From Bdellovibrionales bacterium (GTDB lineage: Bacteria; Bdellovibrionota; Bdellovibrionia; Bdellovibrionales; JAGQZY01), in contig CAXRHT010000002.1 of the NCBI GenBank assembly GCA_964230645.1, positions 1,728,001 to 1,792,000 on the forward strand: a stretch of DNA of 64,000 nt, read 5' to 3'. Numbering within the stretch: position 1 is the stretch's first letter; each line of letters opens with the position of its first letter. The notes under the pieces are model-generated. The model saw only the letters and a program-made list of their open reading frames with translations, was not told where the DNA came from and searched no databases. The position numbers and the translations under genes are program-made. Below are positions 47,063 through 57,967 of the stretch, piece by piece.

Positions 47063-48064
47063 ATGATGTTGATAAATCTGTACGTAAAAAATCTATTCGA
47101 AAAATCTCGTCAAAGTCTAAAACACTTAGCTTCATGGGTCCCTTTATTTGCCATCTTGACCCTACTTTACCCTGTGGATGGAAGAGCGGGAGAGATTCAG
47201 TCAAAAGATCTCAGTCTTCCCAAAAAAGAGAAGTTTAAAATTGAGAGTGCTAATTTACAGTCTCAAGATCACACTGTGACTCTTCCTAAAAAGCAAGTGG
47301 AAGTCGCCGAAAAAGAAAAGACTCCCTCAGAGCCTGAGGTTGATGAAAGCCAAGAACAAAATCTACAAGCACTAAATGCTCCCAATCCAGCCGAGGAGAA
47401 ATGCCAGACCACTCTTGTAGGTCAGGACCTTGAGAAAAAGTATCATGAAATTCAAAAACGTCTTGAGAGTGATTTTAAGCGAGGCATGCCTAAACAACTT
47501 CGCACCGATCTTACACGAGTTAGAAAAGATATCGATGAGTTGATCGGTCAACTTTTTGATGTGGATGATAAGAATCCTCAAGAGGTTAATCATATCGTCA
47601 ACCGTACCATCGACTACTTAGAGAAAATGATCACCCTACTTCCTAAGGCCAATAAAATTGCCCCAATGGTTCGAGACCGCTATGTGATTCCTTTTACTAA
47701 TATTAGCTCCATTAAAGCCGAGCACGAAGAGTGTTTAATGAAACACGCTGTTGCTGAGGTTAAAGAGAGCGAAAAAGACTTAGCTTCAAGCAATGAGCCC
47801 AGTATTAATATCTACCGAAAATTGACCGAAGAACTAAAAAACCTCAATCAGAACCTCTACACTCTTCAAACAACAGACGTTCAAAAGTTCATTAACTTTA
47901 GGGCTGACCTTCTTTATAAGCTTGAGAAGTTTAATCAGAAAAAGGGCAAAGGCTCACAGGTCACCGCCAATATCCCAAAAGTACTCAATTCGGTTCACAC
48001 CGAAATTGAAAGACTCCTACCCGGTCTTCAACTCTCCGAAAATTTCTACTCCACCTTCGACTAA
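47063..48064 (+). CDS. Secreted/anchored coiled-coil hypothetical protein
   Basis: Hydrophobic segment near N-terminus; helical K/E/L-rich body. Confidence 0.7.
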   Translation: MMLINLYVKNLFEKSRQSLKHLASWVPLFAILTLLYPVDGRAGEIQSKDLSLPKKEKFKIESANLQSQDHTVTLPKKQVEVAEKEKTPSEPEVDESQEQNLQALNAPNPAEEKCQTTLVGQDLEKKYHEIQKRLESDFKRGMPKQLRTDLTRVRKDIDELIGQLFDVDDKNPQEVNHIVNRTIDYLEKMITLLPKANKIAPMVRDRYVIPFTNISSIKAEHEECLMKHAVAEVKESEKDLASSNEPSINIYRKLTEELKNLNQNLYTLQTTDVQKFINFRADLLYKLEKFNQKKGKGSQVTANIPKVLNSVHTEIERLLPGLQLSENFYSTFD

Positions 48065-48074
48065 AAGGTACCTT

Positions 48075-49769
48075 TTAGAGGCCTTGGGGGATAGAGCTTA
48101 GGAGCTTTTGGGTGTAAGGGTTTTTGGGGGATTGGTAGATTTCTTTGGCTTTGGCCATTTCTACAATTTTACCCTGGTTCATTACGGCTAGATCATCGGC
48201 GATAAATTTTACTACCGCTAAATCATGAGAAATAAATATATAAGTGAGATCGAACTCGTCTTTTAGGTCCATCAGTAGGTTTAGGATCTGGGCTTGGATG
48301 GAAACATCAAGAGCTGAAACTGATTCATCGCAAACTATGAACTCTGGGTCGACCGCTAAGGCTCTTGCGATACAGACTCTTTGTCTCTGCCCGCCTGAGA
48401 ACTCATGGGGGTAGCGGTTAAAGAATTTGGGCTCAAGTCCCACGCGCTCTAAGAGCTCCTCGGCTTTTTGCCTTCTTTCTTTTTTGTCACTTCCAATTTT
48501 ATGAATGGTCATGGGTTCAACAATGGCTGAGCCGATTGTCATTCTCGGATTAAGGCTCGCATACGGATCTTGGAAAATTATTTGGATTTTTCGACGCATC
48601 TGGCGCATGGCTTTTTTATCAAGACCTAATAGGTCTTGTCCTGCGTACTGGATCTCTCCGCTAGTGGGTTCCACTAACCGTAAAAGAGTGCGTCCAAGAG
48701 TGGTTTTACCACAACCGGATTCTCCCACAAGGCCAAGAGTTCTTCCCTTTAAAACATCAAAGCTCACACCATCCACGGCCTTCACCCATGCCGTAGGTGC
48801 TCCAAAAAAGTTTTTCTTTAGGGGATAGTACTTTTTTAAGTCTCTGACTTTTATTAAGGCTTTATGCTCTGCTGAGGGATTCTCATCAGGCTTTTCACCG
48901 AGAGTTTTGAAATCAAATTGTTTTTCTTCTCCGTCAGGACTCATGAAATCACTGACTGTGGCCAGTCGGTTGTAGTTTTTATCAAGGCTTGGGCGACAGG
49001 CAAGAAGACCTTTGGTGTAAGGGTGTTGTGGTTTTTTAAAAATGTTGTGGGCTGAGCCTTCTTCGACTTTATCGCCTTGATACATAACCACCACGTCATC
49101 GGCGATGTCGCCAATCACCCCAAGGTCGTGGGTAATAAACAAAAGACTCATATCGTGCTCTTCTTTAAGTTTAGCCATGAGTTCTAAGATTTGTTTTTGA
49201 ATGGTCACATCAAGGGCTGTTGTGGGCTCATCGGCAATCAAAAGATCGGGCTCACAAGCAATGGCCATAGCGATCATGACTCTTTGCCTTTGTCCGCCGC
49301 TGAGTTCATGGGGATAAGCTTTCACACGCTGTGCGGGGTTTGGGATGCCGACCTCATAAAGAAGTTCTGTAGCTTTTTCCCAAGCTTGTTTTTTATTGAG
49401 TTTTTGATGCAGGCGAATGGCTTCAACGATTTGATAACCCACCGTAAAAACGGGATTGAGGCTTGTCATGGGCTCTTGAAAAATCATAGAGATTTTATTG
49501 CCACGCACTTTCCTCATTTCTTTTTCAGAAAGCTTTAAAAGATCTCGACCTTCAAAAAGAATTTTTCCTCCGGTGATTCTCCCAGGAGGTGAGGCCAGAA
49601 GACCCATCGTGCAAAGACTGGTCACTGATTTTCCGGAGCCGGACTCCCCAACTAGACCCACCGTTTTTCCTTTTGGGATTGAAAATGAGACGTCGTTGAC
49701 GGCTTTCACTAAGCCTTCTTCGGTTTTAAATTCAACGCTCAAATTCTTAATCTCTAAAAGTGGATTCAT
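48075..49769 (-). CDS. Fused dipeptide/oligopeptide ABC transporter ATP-binding protein (OppD/F-like)
   Basis: Two NBDs: [16 protein letters not shown] and [16 protein letters not shown]. Confidence 0.96.
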   Translation of the reverse strand: MNPLLEIKNLSVEFKTEEGLVKAVNDVSFSIPKGKTVGLVGESGSGKSVTSLCTMGLLASPPGRITGGKILFEGRDLLKLSEKEMRKVRGNKISMIFQEPMTSLNPVFTVGYQIVEAIRLHQKLNKKQAWEKATELLYEVGIPNPAQRVKAYPHELSGGQRQRVMIAMAIACEPDLLIADEPTTALDVTIQKQILELMAKLKEEHDMSLLFITHDLGVIGDIADDVVVMYQGDKVEEGSAHNIFKKPQHPYTKGLLACRPSLDKNYNRLATVSDFMSPDGEEKQFDFKTLGEKPDENPSAEHKALIKVRDLKKYYPLKKNFFGAPTAWVKAVDGVSFDVLKGRTLGLVGESGCGKTTLGRTLLRLVEPTSGEIQYAGQDLLGLDKKAMRQMRRKIQIIFQDPYASLNPRMTIGSAIVEPMTIHKIGSDKKERRQKAEELLERVGLEPKFFNRYPHEFSGGQRQRVCIARALAVDPEFIVCDESVSALDVSIQAQILNLLMDLKDEFDLTYIFISHDLAVVKFIADDLAVMNQGKIVEMAKAKEIYQSPKNPYTQKLLSSIPQGL

Positions 49770-49790
49770 TATTATTAGACTACCAGTTCC

Positions 49791-50453
49791 CTAGGAAATT
49801 TTACAAGAGATCATAAGTCCCTCGGCTGTGGGAATTATTCCTGTTGAAAAACCGGCATCACTGAACTGGCTTTCAATGGTTTGCTTCATCACGTTCCACA
49901 TTTTCTTTGGAGTTTTGTCTGGACATTCATCTAAGAACATCGTCCCAAAGAGATAGATGTTATCGATTAAAATCCATCCCCCTTGAACGAGATTGTTTTT
50001 AGACCACTGCAGATAATCAAAATATCCCGATTTATTGGCATCAATAAAGATAAGATCAAAGGGACCGTCCTCTTCAATAGAGGGAAGTTTTTCTTTGGCG
50101 TCACCCTCAAAACGATGAACCACACAACCAAGCTCTTTAAAGTCGGGATGCTCGAAAGTTTTCTGACTCTCCTCAATACATTGAGGGTCTTTTTCAAAGG
50201 TGTAAATCGTGCCACGGTTTTTGAGACCTCTTGCCATCCATGATGCAGAGCATCCATACTGGGTGCCAATCTCCACCACCTTTTTTATATGAGGAGGTGT
50301 ACAAAAGCTCTCCAAGAGAGTTCCCTCCTGAATGCCAATATTAATCCCTAGCCGATCATCACGCTCTAATCTCTCCTCAATCCAGGCGATGAGGGGTGGA
50401 ACAGGTCGGTTTTTTTTAATTAAATCTTCGTGTTGATTGGATTCGTTTCGCAT
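49791..50453 (-). CDS. O-methyltransferase (caffeoyl-CoA/TrmR-like)
   Basis: EIGT..G.S, FDLIFIDANK, GG....DN. Confidence 0.9.
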   Translation of the reverse strand: MRNESNQHEDLIKKNRPVPPLIAWIEERLERDDRLGINIGIQEGTLLESFCTPPHIKKVVEIGTQYGCSASWMARGLKNRGTIYTFEKDPQCIEESQKTFEHPDFKELGCVVHRFEGDAKEKLPSIEEDGPFDLIFIDANKSGYFDYLQWSKNNLVQGGWILIDNIYLFGTMFLDECPDKTPKKMWNVMKQTIESQFSDAGFSTGIIPTAEGLMISCKIS

Positions 50454-50543
50454 ACCACATCCTAATAAAGAGCACTCGTTTTGAACAGCTTCAATTGATT
50501 TTTTCTCTGCCCTGTCCGTGCTATAGTTAAGCTCTTAAAAAGG

Positions 50544-52310
50544 ATGAAGTTTTCAATGCTTAAAAATATTCTTCTAGTACTCCTACTCCTTAGTCTTTCT
50601 GCTCAATGCACAAGAAAAAACGAAGCACCCTCCGGTGAGCTCTTTAGTTACCTTGATGCTAATGTACCTAACCTTGATCCGATCCATTCGACCAACAAAT
50701 ACTCCTCCACAGTCACACAAAGCATTTTTGAAGGACTTTATCACTACCATTATTTCAAACGCCCCTTAGAGATTGAACCACTCTTAGCCGAAGCTCTACC
50801 TGAAATTTCTAAAGATGGACTCAACTATACGGTCCGATTGAAAAAAGGGGTTTACTTTCAAGACGACAAAGCTTTTCCAAAAGGAAAAGGCACAGAAGTG
50901 ACAGCAGAAGACTTTATTTATTCGTGGAAAAGGCTTGCTGATCCTAAAAATAAGGGACAAGGCTGGTGGATGCTTGATGATAAGATTGTCGGTCTTAATG
51001 AGTGGCGCGAACTGCGCAAAAAAGGCAAGGCCGACTACAGCACTCCCGTGGAAGGGTTAAAAGCCATTGATCCCTACACATTAAGAATTACTTTAAAACA
51101 ACGCTCCTATCAGTTCCTTCACATTCTTGCCTCGCCTCCAACAGTTGTGGTTGCTCAAGAGGTTGTGGAAAACTATGGGGATCAAATTGGAAATCATCCG
51201 GTAGGGACTGGACCCTACGCTTTGGTGCAATGGGTGCGAAACTCTAAGATCGAGCTTTCTAAAAACGAAAACTACCATAAAAGTTTTTTTCCTAAAGAAG
51301 GCAACCAAGACTCCAACAATAAGGGAGACTTAGAAGACGCTGGAAAACTTTTACCTCTATCGGATAAAGTCACCATTCGGATTATGACTGAAAGACAACC
51401 TTTGTGGCTTTCTTTTCTCAAAGGAAAAATTGATCATGGTGTGATTCCTAAAGATAACAACGACCAAATTTTAGAGAACAATAAAATCCGTAAAGAATAC
51501 GCACAAAAAGGAATTAGCATTCATCCGCAAGACCGGCCCGACGTGCTTTATGTCGGTATCAACATGGAGGACCCGGTATTAGGCAAACATGTCAATCTTC
51601 GCAAAGCGATGAATGCCGCCATCAATCGCGATCTCCTCATCGAAAAACTCTATAGTGGAAGAGGGATCAAGGCCCAAGGCCCTATTCCCCCAAGTATTGT
51701 CGGTTATAACGAAAATTACAAAAGTCCTAACAATTACGACTTAAAAAATGCCAAAAGTCTAATGGCGGAAGCTGGATTTCCCGATGGTAAAGGTTTACCC
51801 GAATTTACTTTAGATCTTCCCAATTCAGACACTTGGTCAAAACAATTTGGAGAGTTTTTGAAAGACCAATGGGGAAAAATTGGAGTTAAGATTAAGCTTG
51901 CTACCAATACTTGGCCCCAGTTTGATAAGAAACTTAAAACCAAGCAGGTGACTCTATTCCCAAATGCTTGGATGGCCGACTACCCGGATAGTGAAAACTT
52001 CCTGCAACTCTTTTATAGTAAAAATATCTCACCAGGTCCCAACAGTTTAAATTTCAAAAATGAAGACTTTGATAGGATGTTTGAGAGGTTTCTCACTCTT
52101 CCTCCGGGCAATGAACGTTATGATCTTACTCAAGAGATGGTTAAGCTTATCAACGAGCACTCACCAGCCTTATTTACCCTACATCGCTCCTTTCGCCTCC
52201 CCTATCATGGGTGGCTCAAAAACTATAACGAGTACCCCATTATTTACGACTACTTAAAATATCTGCGCGTTGATGAAGAAGTAAAAAAGGAATTGATTAA
52301 AAAACTCTAG
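50544..52310 (+). CDS. Peptide ABC transporter substrate-binding lipoprotein (family 5)
   Basis: LDP, IFEGL, TAED..YSW.R, PVGTGPY, W.ADYPD. Confidence 0.93.
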   Translation: MKFSMLKNILLVLLLLSLSAQCTRKNEAPSGELFSYLDANVPNLDPIHSTNKYSSTVTQSIFEGLYHYHYFKRPLEIEPLLAEALPEISKDGLNYTVRLKKGVYFQDDKAFPKGKGTEVTAEDFIYSWKRLADPKNKGQGWWMLDDKIVGLNEWRELRKKGKADYSTPVEGLKAIDPYTLRITLKQRSYQFLHILASPPTVVVAQEVVENYGDQIGNHPVGTGPYALVQWVRNSKIELSKNENYHKSFFPKEGNQDSNNKGDLEDAGKLLPLSDKVTIRIMTERQPLWLSFLKGKIDHGVIPKDNNDQILENNKIRKEYAQKGISIHPQDRPDVLYVGINMEDPVLGKHVNLRKAMNAAINRDLLIEKLYSGRGIKAQGPIPPSIVGYNENYKSPNNYDLKNAKSLMAEAGFPDGKGLPEFTLDLPNSDTWSKQFGEFLKDQWGKIGVKIKLATNTWPQFDKKLKTKQVTLFPNAWMADYPDSENFLQLFYSKNISPGPNSLNFKNEDFDRMFERFLTLPPGNERYDLTQEMVKLINEHSPALFTLHRSFRLPYHGWLKNYNEYPIIYDYLKYLRVDEEVKKELIKKL

Positions 52311-52329
52311 CCCACAGACCAAAGAGATA

Positions 52330-53289
52330 ATGAACTCAAGAAGCTTTCCGATTCACTACTGTATTAAAAGAATCCTTTATGTCATCCCGATTCTCTTTGG
52401 TGTGACACTTATTACTTTTATTATCTTTAACGTCGCTGGAGGCGATCCGGCCTTTGAGCAAGCAGGCCGCAATGCCACTCAAGAACAGATTGAGTCCATT
52501 CGAAAAGAGCTTGGACTTGATCGTCCCCTAGTTTGGCAGTACTTGCATTTTGTAAAACAAACATTGAGTTTTTCTTGGGGCAATAGTTGGTCCACAAGCC
52601 AAAACATCAATCAAATGTTTTTAAAAGGTGTTGGCCCCTCTCTTTGCCTCACTCTACCCTCTTTTATCATCAGTATCGGTCTCTCCATTCTATTGGCGCT
52701 TTACACCACTTTTATGGGCTCAAGAAAACCTATTGTCGATCAGAGTATAAGCTCGCTTTGCCTCGCACTCATGAGTGTCAGTTTCCTCGTTTATATTATT
52801 TGTTTTCAGTACTTTTTTGCCTACTACTTAGGACTTTTTGAAATCAATGGCTGGAGCTTTGATTGGACGGAACGTTGGAGCTATTTGATATTGCCTTGGA
52901 TCATCTCTATTTTTGTAACTCTTGGTCCCAATATTTTGATTTTTCGCTCCGCCTTTTTAAATGAGGTTAACCAAGACTATGTGCGCACAGCAAGGAGCAA
53001 AGGGGTTTCACAGTTTCATGTCTATTTCCGTCACATCCTACAAAATTCCCTTGTACCCATTATTACCATCGTCATGTTGCAAGTGCCCTATCTACTCACA
53101 GGCTCTCTGCTCCTAGAAGCCTTTTTTGGAATCCCTGGCCTGGGAGGAGTTTTAATTCAAGCCATTCAGAATGCTGACTTTCCTGTGGTGAAAGCTTTCA
53201 CAGTGATGGGCTCTTTGGCTTATATTTTCATTAATCTTTTTACTGATCTTCTCTACATCGTGGCCGATCCAAGGATTGAACTCAAATGA
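52330..53289 (+). CDS. Peptide ABC transporter permease (OppB-like)
   Basis: GGDP, LGLD.P, DYVRTARSKG EAA loop, E..FG.PGLG, DPRI. Confidence 0.94.
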   Translation: MNSRSFPIHYCIKRILYVIPILFGVTLITFIIFNVAGGDPAFEQAGRNATQEQIESIRKELGLDRPLVWQYLHFVKQTLSFSWGNSWSTSQNINQMFLKGVGPSLCLTLPSFIISIGLSILLALYTTFMGSRKPIVDQSISSLCLALMSVSFLVYIICFQYFFAYYLGLFEINGWSFDWTERWSYLILPWIISIFVTLGPNILIFRSAFLNEVNQDYVRTARSKGVSQFHVYFRHILQNSLVPIITIVMLQVPYLLTGSLLLEAFFGIPGLGGVLIQAIQNADFPVVKAFTVMGSLAYIFINLFTDLLYIVADPRIELK

Positions 53290-54146
53290 TCAGCGCTCAC
53301 CGATTAAAAAACGACCTATTAAAATCACCACCCGCTCTAATCAGCCTAGTGCTCCTCATTGTTTACATAGTGATTGTGGTCCTTACCGCCTTTGGTGTTG
53401 TCGCCACCGACTTTGCTACCACTCAAATGGAAAACTCCTATGCCCCACCAAGCCTCCATCATTTTTTTGGAACGGACTTTTTTGGCCGTGATGTATTGGA
53501 CCGCGCTATGCAAGGGACAAAGATTGCGTTTTTAGTGGGCTTCTTCTCAGCGAGTATTGCTACTCTCATAGGGGTTTCTCTCGGAGCCTTGGGAGGTTAT
53601 TTTGGTGGATGGGTGGATGATTTCGTGGTGTGGCTTTATACCACCCTTGAATCCATACCGTATATTTTACTTATCTCAGCTTTCGCTTTTGCCTTAGGAC
53701 AAGGGCTGACCAACCTTTATATCGCTCTGGGGCTTACGGGTTGGGTGAAACTCTGCCGACTGATTCGCTCGGAATTTTTAAAGCAAAAGAACCTTGATTA
53801 CGTCCAAGCTGCTCAAGCCATGGGTGTGGGTCATTTTTCAAAAATGTTTCGTCACATATTCCCCAATGTAGCACACTTAGCTTTGATTCAATTTACTCTC
53901 TCTTTTGTTTTTGCCATCAAAGCCGAAGTTATTTTGAGCTTTCTTGGCCTAGGTGTGGAGCCTGGAACTCCCTCTTGGGGAATGATGATCAGTGATGCTC
54001 GCGTAGAACTCACCCGTGGCGTATGGTGGAACCTCCTGGGAGCGACCACGTTTATGTTCTTTCTTATTTTGTCGGTGAACCTATTGACCGACCATCTCCG
54101 CTCAAGTCTTGATCCTCAATCGAAATCCACTAATATGAATCTATGA
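53286..54146 (+). CDS. Peptide ABC transporter permease (OppC-like)
   Basis: GTD..GRD, YV.AA.AMG, LSFLGLG, PSWG. Confidence 0.94.
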   Translation: MISAHRLKNDLLKSPPALISLVLLIVYIVIVVLTAFGVVATDFATTQMENSYAPPSLHHFFGTDFFGRDVLDRAMQGTKIAFLVGFFSASIATLIGVSLGALGGYFGGWVDDFVVWLYTTLESIPYILLISAFAFALGQGLTNLYIALGLTGWVKLCRLIRSEFLKQKNLDYVQAAQAMGVGHFSKMFRHIFPNVAHLALIQFTLSFVFAIKAEVILSFLGLGVEPGTPSWGMMISDARVELTRGVWWNLLGATTFMFFLILSVNLLTDHLRSSLDPQSKSTNMNL

Positions 54147-56209
54147 GTAAAAAAATTTGCGGACTTCTTTTGAGTCTTTGGGTGGCAAACCTTTGCGCCT
54201 GCTATCCGAGTGATTCCGGGCCTTCACTTTCTGCAGTGAAAAGTCCCTATTTTGCCATGAGTGAGAATGATTCCATAAGTTGGCAGAGTTGGAATTCTGA
54301 GACCCTTAAAAAAGCCGAGTCACAAAATAGATTGATCTATCTAAGTATCGGCTATGCCACCTGCTTTGCCTGTGAAAAAATGCAAAAAGAAAACTATGAC
54401 GATAAGAATTTGGCAAAACTTTTAAACCAAAATTTTGTTCCCATAAAGGTGGACCGAGAGGAACGCCCGGATCTTGATAGTCATTTCCTCAATATGCAAT
54501 CTCTCATGCTGGGATTTGGAGCCTGGCCCATCATTTTGATCCTCACACCGGATCTAAAACCTCTTTTTTCTTTTTCCTATGTGAAAAACGAAAAGCTTAA
54601 AGCCATTTTAAATGAGGCCCATAAAACTTGGGAGGAAAAACCCCAAGAAGTTTTAAAAAAGGGGCAAGAGTTTCTCGACAAAATAAAACCCGCTCCAAAT
54701 GTTTCCGAAGATTTTATTAAAACCAAACAATTAATTTCTGATTTTTATGCGCGCTACACCCACCGCTTTGACACTCTCTACGGGGGTAAAGCCACTGGCA
54801 ATAATTTTAATACAAAATTCCCTGTTAGTGACGAGATGAGACTCTTACTAAGACATCACCAAAGAGAGGAGATCCCACAAGCCCGCAAGATGGTGGAGAA
54901 AACCCTAAGCACAGTGGCTAAAAGTGCGCTTTTTGACCATGTGGGTGGAGGCTTCCATCGATATTCCATGTCAAGAGACTGGAACACTCCTAACTTTGAA
55001 AAAACTCTGATCGACCAAGCCGCACACATAAGAGCCTTCACTGACTTGGCTCGATTTAATGACAATGATCTTTACCGCCTTACATTACAAAAGATTGTGC
55101 GTTTTCTCATTAACGATATTAAGGATTCCTTAGGGGGCTTTTACTCCTCTATTGGTGGAAGCCTTAATTTCAAAGAAGGCCTTTTTTACACCTGGACAAT
55201 CGAAGAGCTCAACGAGGCTCTTGTTAAAAAGAAGCTAATAACTTTTCATGAAACCTATCAATTAGGCCCCCCACTTAGACATCTTGAAAAAAGGCGCACT
55301 CTAAAAAGAAAATCAGGGTTCGATCGTCCCAAGCTTAAGAAAGTCGATAAAATCTTATCAGAACATCGTAAGCAAAGAGGCTACCCGACTATCGATAAGA
55401 AAGTGGTCACAGCCTACAATGCTCTCCTGCTTTCCGCTCTTTCAAGAGTGGCGAGATTGTGGAATTCCGATTTTTTAAAAAAAGAAGTCAACGAGCAGAT
55501 GGATTATCTTCTTTTGCAGCATCGCTCTATCCGTGGCGATATTTATCGCAGCAGTTTCCATGGTAGTGTTCAAGGCAAAGCTTCTCTTGATGACTACGCT
55601 TTTTTAATTGATGCACTTATTGAAAACTATCAAACCAATTTTGATGAAGAAGATCTTTTGCTAGCCCTTGAACTTCAAAAGACCCAAGACGAACTATTCT
55701 TTAATTCTCGGCGTTCTCTTTATCGCTTCAACCAAGAAAGTCGAATTGAACCCCTTTACCTTTTTCGGGATGATCAAAAGCCCAGTGGGCAAGCCATGAG
55801 CTTTTATAATCTTATTAGGCTCTCTTATTATTTTAATCTTCCAAACTATCGTAATAAAGCCAAAGACATCATGGACGCTTATCCCGAAATTCTACAAACC
55901 GATCCCATCTCCTACGCCTTTTTACTCCTGTCTTTTGATTTTCTTCTCTCTAACCCCAAAACCCTCATTATTGTTGGCGAATTAGCTGTTTGCCAGTCGA
56001 AGGCCTCCGAATTTTTCAACAATTATGATTACGAGTTCCTCTTTGCCTGCAGAGCCAAAGAAAGCCGCCTCCCCCTTCTCAAAGGAAAAAAAGCCTCAAC
56101 TGAGAAAGCTTTGACTTTTTACCTCTGCGATAAAGATATGTGTTCCCCAGCATTGACATCTGAGGGTGAAGTTTTTAAACACCTGGAACAATTGTCTTCA
56201 AAACATTAA
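54143..56209 (+). CDS. YyaL/SPATA20-like thioredoxin-domain plus (alpha/alpha)6 protein with lipoprotein-like signal
   Basis: SIGY.TCFAC, KVDREERPDLD, GGGFHRYS, P.FEK.L.DQA, LDDYA. Confidence 0.88.
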   Translation: MSKKICGLLLSLWVANLCACYPSDSGPSLSAVKSPYFAMSENDSISWQSWNSETLKKAESQNRLIYLSIGYATCFACEKMQKENYDDKNLAKLLNQNFVPIKVDREERPDLDSHFLNMQSLMLGFGAWPIILILTPDLKPLFSFSYVKNEKLKAILNEAHKTWEEKPQEVLKKGQEFLDKIKPAPNVSEDFIKTKQLISDFYARYTHRFDTLYGGKATGNNFNTKFPVSDEMRLLLRHHQREEIPQARKMVEKTLSTVAKSALFDHVGGGFHRYSMSRDWNTPNFEKTLIDQAAHIRAFTDLARFNDNDLYRLTLQKIVRFLINDIKDSLGGFYSSIGGSLNFKEGLFYTWTIEELNEALVKKKLITFHETYQLGPPLRHLEKRRTLKRKSGFDRPKLKKVDKILSEHRKQRGYPTIDKKVVTAYNALLLSALSRVARLWNSDFLKKEVNEQMDYLLLQHRSIRGDIYRSSFHGSVQGKASLDDYAFLIDALIENYQTNFDEEDLLLALELQKTQDELFFNSRRSLYRFNQESRIEPLYLFRDDQKPSGQAMSFYNLIRLSYYFNLPNYRNKAKDIMDAYPEILQTDPISYAFLLLSFDFLLSNPKTLIIVGELAVCQSKASEFFNNYDYEFLFACRAKESRLPLLKGKKASTEKALTFYLCDKDMCSPALTSEGEVFKHLEQLSSKH

Positions 56210-56246
56210 CACCTCATAGAGAGGCCCATACCCCAAAGGAGAAATC

Positions 56247-57620
56247 TTGATCTTCCTGTTTGTTAGCCTCTATTTACTAATTCAGCTTGGGATCTCTGTG
56301 ATCGTCTCCAAGTTTATTAAATCAGAGTCTGACTTTTTTCTTGCGGGAAGAAAACTGCCCCTTTGGCTTCTTTCCTTTTCTCTTTTTGCTACTTGGTTTG
56401 GTGCGGAGACCACAATAGGAACTTCCGGAGCGGTTTTTAGTGAAGGTCTTGCCGGAAGCCGAGCGGACCCTTTTGGCTACTCTTTGTGTTTATTTCTTAT
56501 GGGCTTATTTTTAGCCACCAAATTATGGGAAGGCGGCTACACCACCCTTGCCGATTTTTACAAAGATCGTTTTAATTCCTCGGTTGAAAAGTTTGCCGTC
56601 ATTATAATTGTTCCCTCTACTCTTTTATGGGGAGCGGCCCAAATGAGAGCTTTTGGACAAATTGTCTCCTCTATGACCGACTGGAATCTGAATCAGACTC
56701 TCTACATCGCTTTCGGATTTGTAACAGTTTATACGCTTCTGGGTGGGCTTCTGGGCGATATTATCACCGACCTTATTCAAGGAATTATGATTGCCATCGG
56801 CCTTGTGCTGATTCTTGTGTTTATTGGCCTCAGTGATTTTGATTTTGTAGTTTGGTGGCAGGAGTTACCAACCGAGCGCCTCAGTTTTCAAAAGCAAGAC
56901 GAGAGCTTTTGGGAAAGGCTTGATCGGTGGTCGATTCCCATCCTTGGCTCTCTGATCACTCAGGAGTTGATCTCGCGTGTTCTTGCAGCGAAGTCTCAAA
57001 AAACGGCCAGAAGATCCGCATACACCTCAGGCCTTATTTATCTTTTCTTTGGAAGTATTCCTGTGATCTTAGGACTGATTGGTCCAAGCCTTATTTCAGA
57101 CCTTAATCATAAAGAAGATTTTATTATCCAAATTGCTAAAACTTATCTTCCTACTTTTGCCTACGTATTATTTTCAGGAGCCTTGATTTCAGCGATTCTA
57201 GCCACCATCGATAGTATTTTGTTAAGTGTTTCTGCTCTCATCTCGCATAACGTTCTCGTTCCGGTTTTCAAGGTGAAAGAAGAATCAAAAAAACTTCTTC
57301 TTGCTCGCGTGATGATTATTGTCTCAGCCCTCATTTCAATGACTCTGGCTTTTTCTTCGGAGTCTATTTATCAACTTGTGGAAGTAGCCTCCGCCTTTGG
57401 AACAGCCGGAATTTTAGTCGTGACCCTTATTGGTCTTCATACAAAATTTGGTCAGCAAGCTTCCGCTTATCTTGCCTTAAGTGTTGGTATGATTGCGACA
57501 CCTCTTGCTGAGTATGTTTTTCACTTACAAGCGCCTTTTTTGTTTTCTATCTTTGCAAGCCTTGTCTTTTATTTAGTCGGAACTTTGTTTCCTAATAGAC
57601 TTGCAATTTCAAGGGATTGA
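56247..57620 (+). CDS. Sodium:solute symporter family protein
   Basis: F.LAGR, FATWFGAE, YTLLGG, TD.IQG, SA.LATIDS; many TM helices. Confidence 0.93.
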   Translation: MIFLFVSLYLLIQLGISVIVSKFIKSESDFFLAGRKLPLWLLSFSLFATWFGAETTIGTSGAVFSEGLAGSRADPFGYSLCLFLMGLFLATKLWEGGYTTLADFYKDRFNSSVEKFAVIIIVPSTLLWGAAQMRAFGQIVSSMTDWNLNQTLYIAFGFVTVYTLLGGLLGDIITDLIQGIMIAIGLVLILVFIGLSDFDFVVWWQELPTERLSFQKQDESFWERLDRWSIPILGSLITQELISRVLAAKSQKTARRSAYTSGLIYLFFGSIPVILGLIGPSLISDLNHKEDFIIQIAKTYLPTFAYVLFSGALISAILATIDSILLSVSALISHNVLVPVFKVKEESKKLLLARVMIIVSALISMTLAFSSESIYQLVEVASAFGTAGILVVTLIGLHTKFGQQASAYLALSVGMIATPLAEYVFHLQAPFLFSIFASLVFYLVGTLFPNRLAISRD

Positions 57621-57804
57621 ATAAGACAAAAAAAATAGCCAATCGTCTTCTCTATTTGAAGACTGACTGAATGGCTCTTAGCCCCTTCTAGACGGGCGTC
57701 TACCTCGACTTACTTTGTCGTTTTTTAAACAATACCTCCATACATTTAAGACCCTCAACGGGGACACTTTTGCTACTTTTAAAAGTGCCACAAAGGAGGC
57801 TGTC

Positions 57805-57939
57805 ATGGACGAATACTCACTCAATGTAGAAGATTTGGGTAACCACCATCGGGCCCAAGAGAACGCAGATTTTTGGCATTACATGAATGGTGAAGAAAGT
57901 TTAAGTGAACTGGATATTTTTGATTTTGAAATTCTTTAG
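57805..57939 (+). CDS. 44-aa acidic small protein
   Basis: Perfect AAGGAGG RBS before ATG 57805; MDEYSLNVEDLG...DIFDFEIL. Confidence 0.55.
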   Translation: MDEYSLNVEDLGNHHRAQENADFWHYMNGEESLSELDIFDFEIL

Positions 57940-57967
57940 AATGATCAATCCGGATTCTTTTAAAACT

